Assembly (NCBI GenBank): GCA_046563655.1
Contig: CM102286.1
Span: forward strand, 930,001 to 994,000
Direction of reading: 5' to 3'
Length of the DNA stretch: 64,000 nt
Origin: Yuukianura sp. NJ FZ-2021
Taxonomy: Eukaryota
Under the pieces are notes generated by a model. That model made no database searches, had not been told where the DNA came from, and saw nothing but the letters and a program-made list of their open reading frames with translations. Shown here piece by piece: positions 60,412 to 64,000 of the stretch; positions within the stretch are counted from its first letter, which is position 1, and each line of letters starts with the position of its first letter. The translations under genes and the position numbers were made by a program.

Positions 60412-61684
60412 TTACCTTAACCCTTTGAACATAAGAATATTACTCATTGTGTTGGTGAGGACTGCATGATACATTTGAGTCAACACAGATTTCTCCAAGT
60501 AGCAAAATGTTCCAACATAAATTCGACTTTCTTGCAGAGATTTAATTGATTTCTTCATAACTTCTCTTTCTATCTTTGTTGCAAAGTTTACGCAATCTAA
60601 ATTTTGAAGAAATTTCTGCGAGGATTCAAACATTTCTTTTCCAAATACAAGACACACATTTCCAAAAGCAACTAATACAGAGATTATAAAGCATATTATG
60701 CCAGAGAATAACGTTACATCATTCGTTAAACACACAGTACAACCAAATGTTATGCACCAGCTTAGCACGAAAATGAAAGAGGCAAGGGGTATTGCAAAGA
60801 CTGCATTTTCCAACTTGTTGAGTACGTACATTCCTCTGTAAAAATTTACCCGACGTATCCCAGGAATAGTCACTACCTCAATGCCCTTGAGCGTTATAAG
60901 TTCCCAATGCCGTTGCCAAGCAACCATTGGTGGCAGTATATACTTTGCCCACTTTCGAAGTGTTAAATGCAACATGAGAAATATCCAAGCAAATTCTAGT
61001 GAGGTTAAAACAAATGCTGTAAAGTAGGGAAATTGAATTCCTGAAATTTTGGAAATATCGCCGACAAGTTTTGAAGTCAAGGCGTAACCGTCCTCCATAA
61101 AATATATTGACGCAACGAATCCGCCAACTGGAAGGTAGTATTTGATACAAAGGTCAATTTGTCTTACCATACGTTGCCAGGTTTTCAAAACTGCCGTTGG
61201 GATGACTGGCGTACCTAAAACATTTTTTTAAACATCGGTGATTAACTTTGTTCATGAAAAGGTTTTCAATTTTTTTTAAAAACAGTTTGAACAAAAAAGA
61301 CAATGGATGAAAAACTTCCGCCAAAAATTTTTTCTTACGATTTAGTTGGAGCGTAGCATTCAATAGTTGAAGCAGCTCAATGTCGGTTGTTGGTTCATGC
61401 AAGTCTAATACGATACTATGAAACACACTACTGAAAAATGCGAGTAGAATTAATGTTATCATATAATTTAAATCAGATTTGTAGTTATAAATACTTAAAA
61501 AAACGCAGACAAATAAACTGATACAATCGACAAATAGAATAACGTGTCGGCCAATCCAGTACTTTGTGGATTTGTCCAGAAAATATTTTTGTTTCTTTTC
61601 ATTCCAAATGAGTGGACACTGAAATGTGCTATGTGCTTGTTTAATTGCTTCATGTAAGCTCGATTGAACAAGGTCCCGCGCCAT
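60412..61684 (-). CDS. GR-like 7TM chemoreceptor (subfamily B, copy 3), 382 aa
   Basis: Exons 61684-61339 (donor C|GTAAGA) and 61214-60412 (1149 nt). Highly similar to copy 2. Confidence 0.78.
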
Positions 61685-62225
61685 TTCTCACATGGATGTA
61701 ACAGTACCAAAAAATTTGAACTTTTTTTTTGAATTTTTGAAATTTTCCAAGGATAAGACTTCAGTGACTTTGCCAGGTCGAGGCTAAACAAAGTTCAAAA
61801 TGGATTCGATGGAGATTAAGTAATTGGCGATGGGCGTGGCACCATTTCAGCAAAAAAGTTTATTCTTTTGTAAAAGACTTACTAGATTTTTAATGGAATA
61901 ACTTAGCAGTGCTGCGCTACCTTATTTCAACCTACGTTTTAGTCTAAATAGAAATAGTTATTTCGCTAATGTGGAAGTGGAAGCAACATAACGCACTTTA
62001 AATTATTCAAAAAAACGCCCAATTTGCGTTCTAGAAACCTAAAATCCAGCGGAAAACGGAAATAAGTTTGTTAATTTTTAACTTAATTGGGAAAGTTCCC
62101 CCGTTTGCGGCTGGTTTTATTTGAATTTAATTTCATGTCCATCGCACTTTTTTAATTGAAGTTTATCATCGACTCATTTTTTGATACAAATTTGAATTGA
62201 CTTCAACGGTGGAGCACGCATACGC

Positions 62226-62943
62226 TTAACCCGCTGCAGCAGGATTGAGAGCTGGGTTGACTGCTGGGTTTGTGGCGGGGTTCGTCATGCCTCCAGCGCC
62301 ATATGGCCCAGCAGCAGGATTCATCGCAGGATTTGCAGCAGGATTCATCGCATGATTTGCAGCAGGATTCATCGCATGATTTGCAGCAGGATTCATCGCA
62401 TGGTTTGCAGCAGGATTCATCGCATGGTTTGCAGCAGGATTCATCGCATGACTTGCAGCAGGATTCATCGCAGCATTTGCAGCAGGATTCATCGCATAAT
62501 TTGCAGCAGGATTCATCGCAGCATTTGCAGCAGGATTCATCGCAGAGTTTGCAGCAGGATTCATTGCAGGGTTAGCCATACCAGCACTCATCGCTGGGTT
62601 TGCTGCAGGGTTACCCATTCCACTGGCCACTGCAGGGTTGCTGAATACTTGAGCAGCTGATGGATTGGCTCCACCAATAGCAGCAGAAGAAGATGGATTT
62701 CCAAATACTTGAGCAGCAGACGGATTGTACATTGCTGGTGGGTTGTACCCTGCATCATCATAAAAGCATAGGAATTAAAAATTTGAACACAAATTTTTAG
62801 CAACTTTGTACTTTTAGTACAATTTTTAATTTAGTACAAATTAGTATAAATTTTAGTACAAAATGTTTCCGTTTAGTATTACCTTGTGGAGCCGCTAATC
62901 CGGTTCCTACCAGAGCCAAAACCACCAAAACTGCAGTTTGCAT
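62226..62943 (-). CDS. Secreted low-complexity Ala/Asn/Pro/Met-rich repeat protein (cuticle/structural-like), 194 aa
   Basis: Exons 62943-62883 ([20 protein letters not shown], signal peptide) and 62749-62226, with about 11 NPAAN(H/A/Y/S/P)AM repeats. TATAAAA on the minus strand at 63038-63032. Confidence 0.85.
62310..62572. repeat. 24-bp coding minisatellite (~11 copies)
   Basis: Unit gcagcaggattcatcgcatgattt, encoding NPAANHAM on the minus strand. Confidence 0.95.
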
Positions 62944-63341
62944 GATGATTTCTTTTTCTTTTTTTTTGTAGAACTTCCAAAAAATTTTTTAAGAAATATA
63001 TCAAAATTGAAGCCAACTGAAAACGCCGTTCTTTTATAATCCTTAGAATCACGTCACCAGTAACGTCGGAAATTTTTAGTGACAAAGAACTTTATAGAAA
63101 TTGATCCATTGTTGTACGTTTTCAAATTTAATTTTGAAATTAGCGCTCAAAAAAAGCCGCTTCGCTTTCGATTTTTAGGGTATACCGTACAATGAGCAAT
63201 TGTTTCTGCGCGTGTCATCCGATGGCCTTGAACAAGCTTTTACTTATTAGGCAACTTTTTCCAAGCTTTTTATAACTTTTCCAAACAGCATGACAATTTT
63301 TTTAGACAAATTGAGTTTATGAAAGAATTTTTGGTTTAAAA

Positions 63342-64000
63342 CTACTTTTTAGTAAAGTGTGAAGTATCACGTAGAGTGAGTAGCCTAACTTTCACTTTTG
63401 ATTCATCAGTCATCTGAATTTCGAGTTGAGTAAAGGCCGTGTTGCGAGTAGATGCAACATATTCAATTTCTGCTGGTTTTCCATTTGCATCGACAAATTC
63501 ATAGCCTGGTTCAGTGTTAAAAAAGTCAAGCAAATGGCTGAAGCAACTTCCACTTGTTACGACTAACACGGCGGGTTCCACGAAACACTGATTTTTACCA
63601 ACTTCTCGACACAGATCCTTAAAAAAAAACAAAATTTTAGGTTGTCAATGTCATGTTTCACTACTTTTTCAAAATACTGGAGAATTCTGCTCAAATTTTC
63701 AAATTTTGGAAATCAGTGACCTTGAAAAACGAAGCTGCTCGTGCTCTAGCAGATTCATAACTTTCTCCGTCTGGAAATTTGTATCTGAGTGGATCGCCTT
63801 TACTCATAATTGCTGCAACAAATTCTGGGAGTGGTTTTCCCTCCATGGTTTCACCAAAACCCTATTTTCAAAAAAAAAATTGAAATTTTGAAAATTTAAA
63901 AAAAAGTTGTTTTTGGTTGCTACCTTTTCATTGAGTCTTGGATCCTTAGCAAACTGGACCCTGCCCCCGGGGCATAAATTTTCCAAAATGATTTCCAATG
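63342..64000 (-). CDS. Histidine phosphatase (phosphoglycerate mutase family), TIGAR-like; 3' part only
   Basis: Exons >64000-63924, 63861-63721, 63617-63342 (phase 0). Motifs DPRLNEKGFGETMEG, FPDGESYESARARAASFF, VLVVTSG, RNTAFT, DTSHF. The N-terminal RHG motif lies outside the window. Confidence 0.8.

Noticed and set aside
62310..62572. CRISPR-like appearance of regular repeats
   Set aside because: Contiguous 24-bp units with no unique spacers, inside a eukaryotic CDS, with no cas genes.
62270..62660. Plus-strand ORFs (LQQDSSH)n and (CSRIHRM)n
   Set aside because: Shadow frames of the stop-free 24-bp repeat. The minus-strand frame has the signal peptide exon, splice sites and TATA box.

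Overview
Eukaryotic, AT-rich arthropod-type genomic DNA with GT-AG introns and one 100-N gap at 7809-7908. The gene families suggest a hexapod, possibly a springtail, but that is inference. The first ~26 kb is essentially non-coding and probably holds the 5' regulatory region and first introns of a large Kirre/Roughest (Neph1-like) Ig adhesion gene. That gene has 9 coding exons at 26672-44046, five Ig domains, a TM helix and a C-terminal THV PDZ motif. From 45.7 kb the window is gene-dense: a secreted Lcp/MpaB-like (DUF2236) heme-oxygenase-fold gene; five gustatory-receptor-like 7TM genes in two subfamilies; three tandem Cys-rich+WAP (crustin/waprin-like) genes; a Cys-rich secreted gene largely missed by the ORF track, built from a duplicated exon triplet with two 13-nt microexons; a secreted (NPAANHAM)n repeat protein; and the 3' end of a TIGAR-like histidine phosphatase. 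Highlights are the microexon gene and its possible fusion to a WAP gene with a decayed first exon, two receptor genes where a frameshift is exactly compensated by intron read-through, perfect ecdysone-response (IR1) and DR1 elements in kirre introns, and competing long-range intronic RNA pairings. All gene models were assembled by hand from splice signals and frame continuity; no database search was run.
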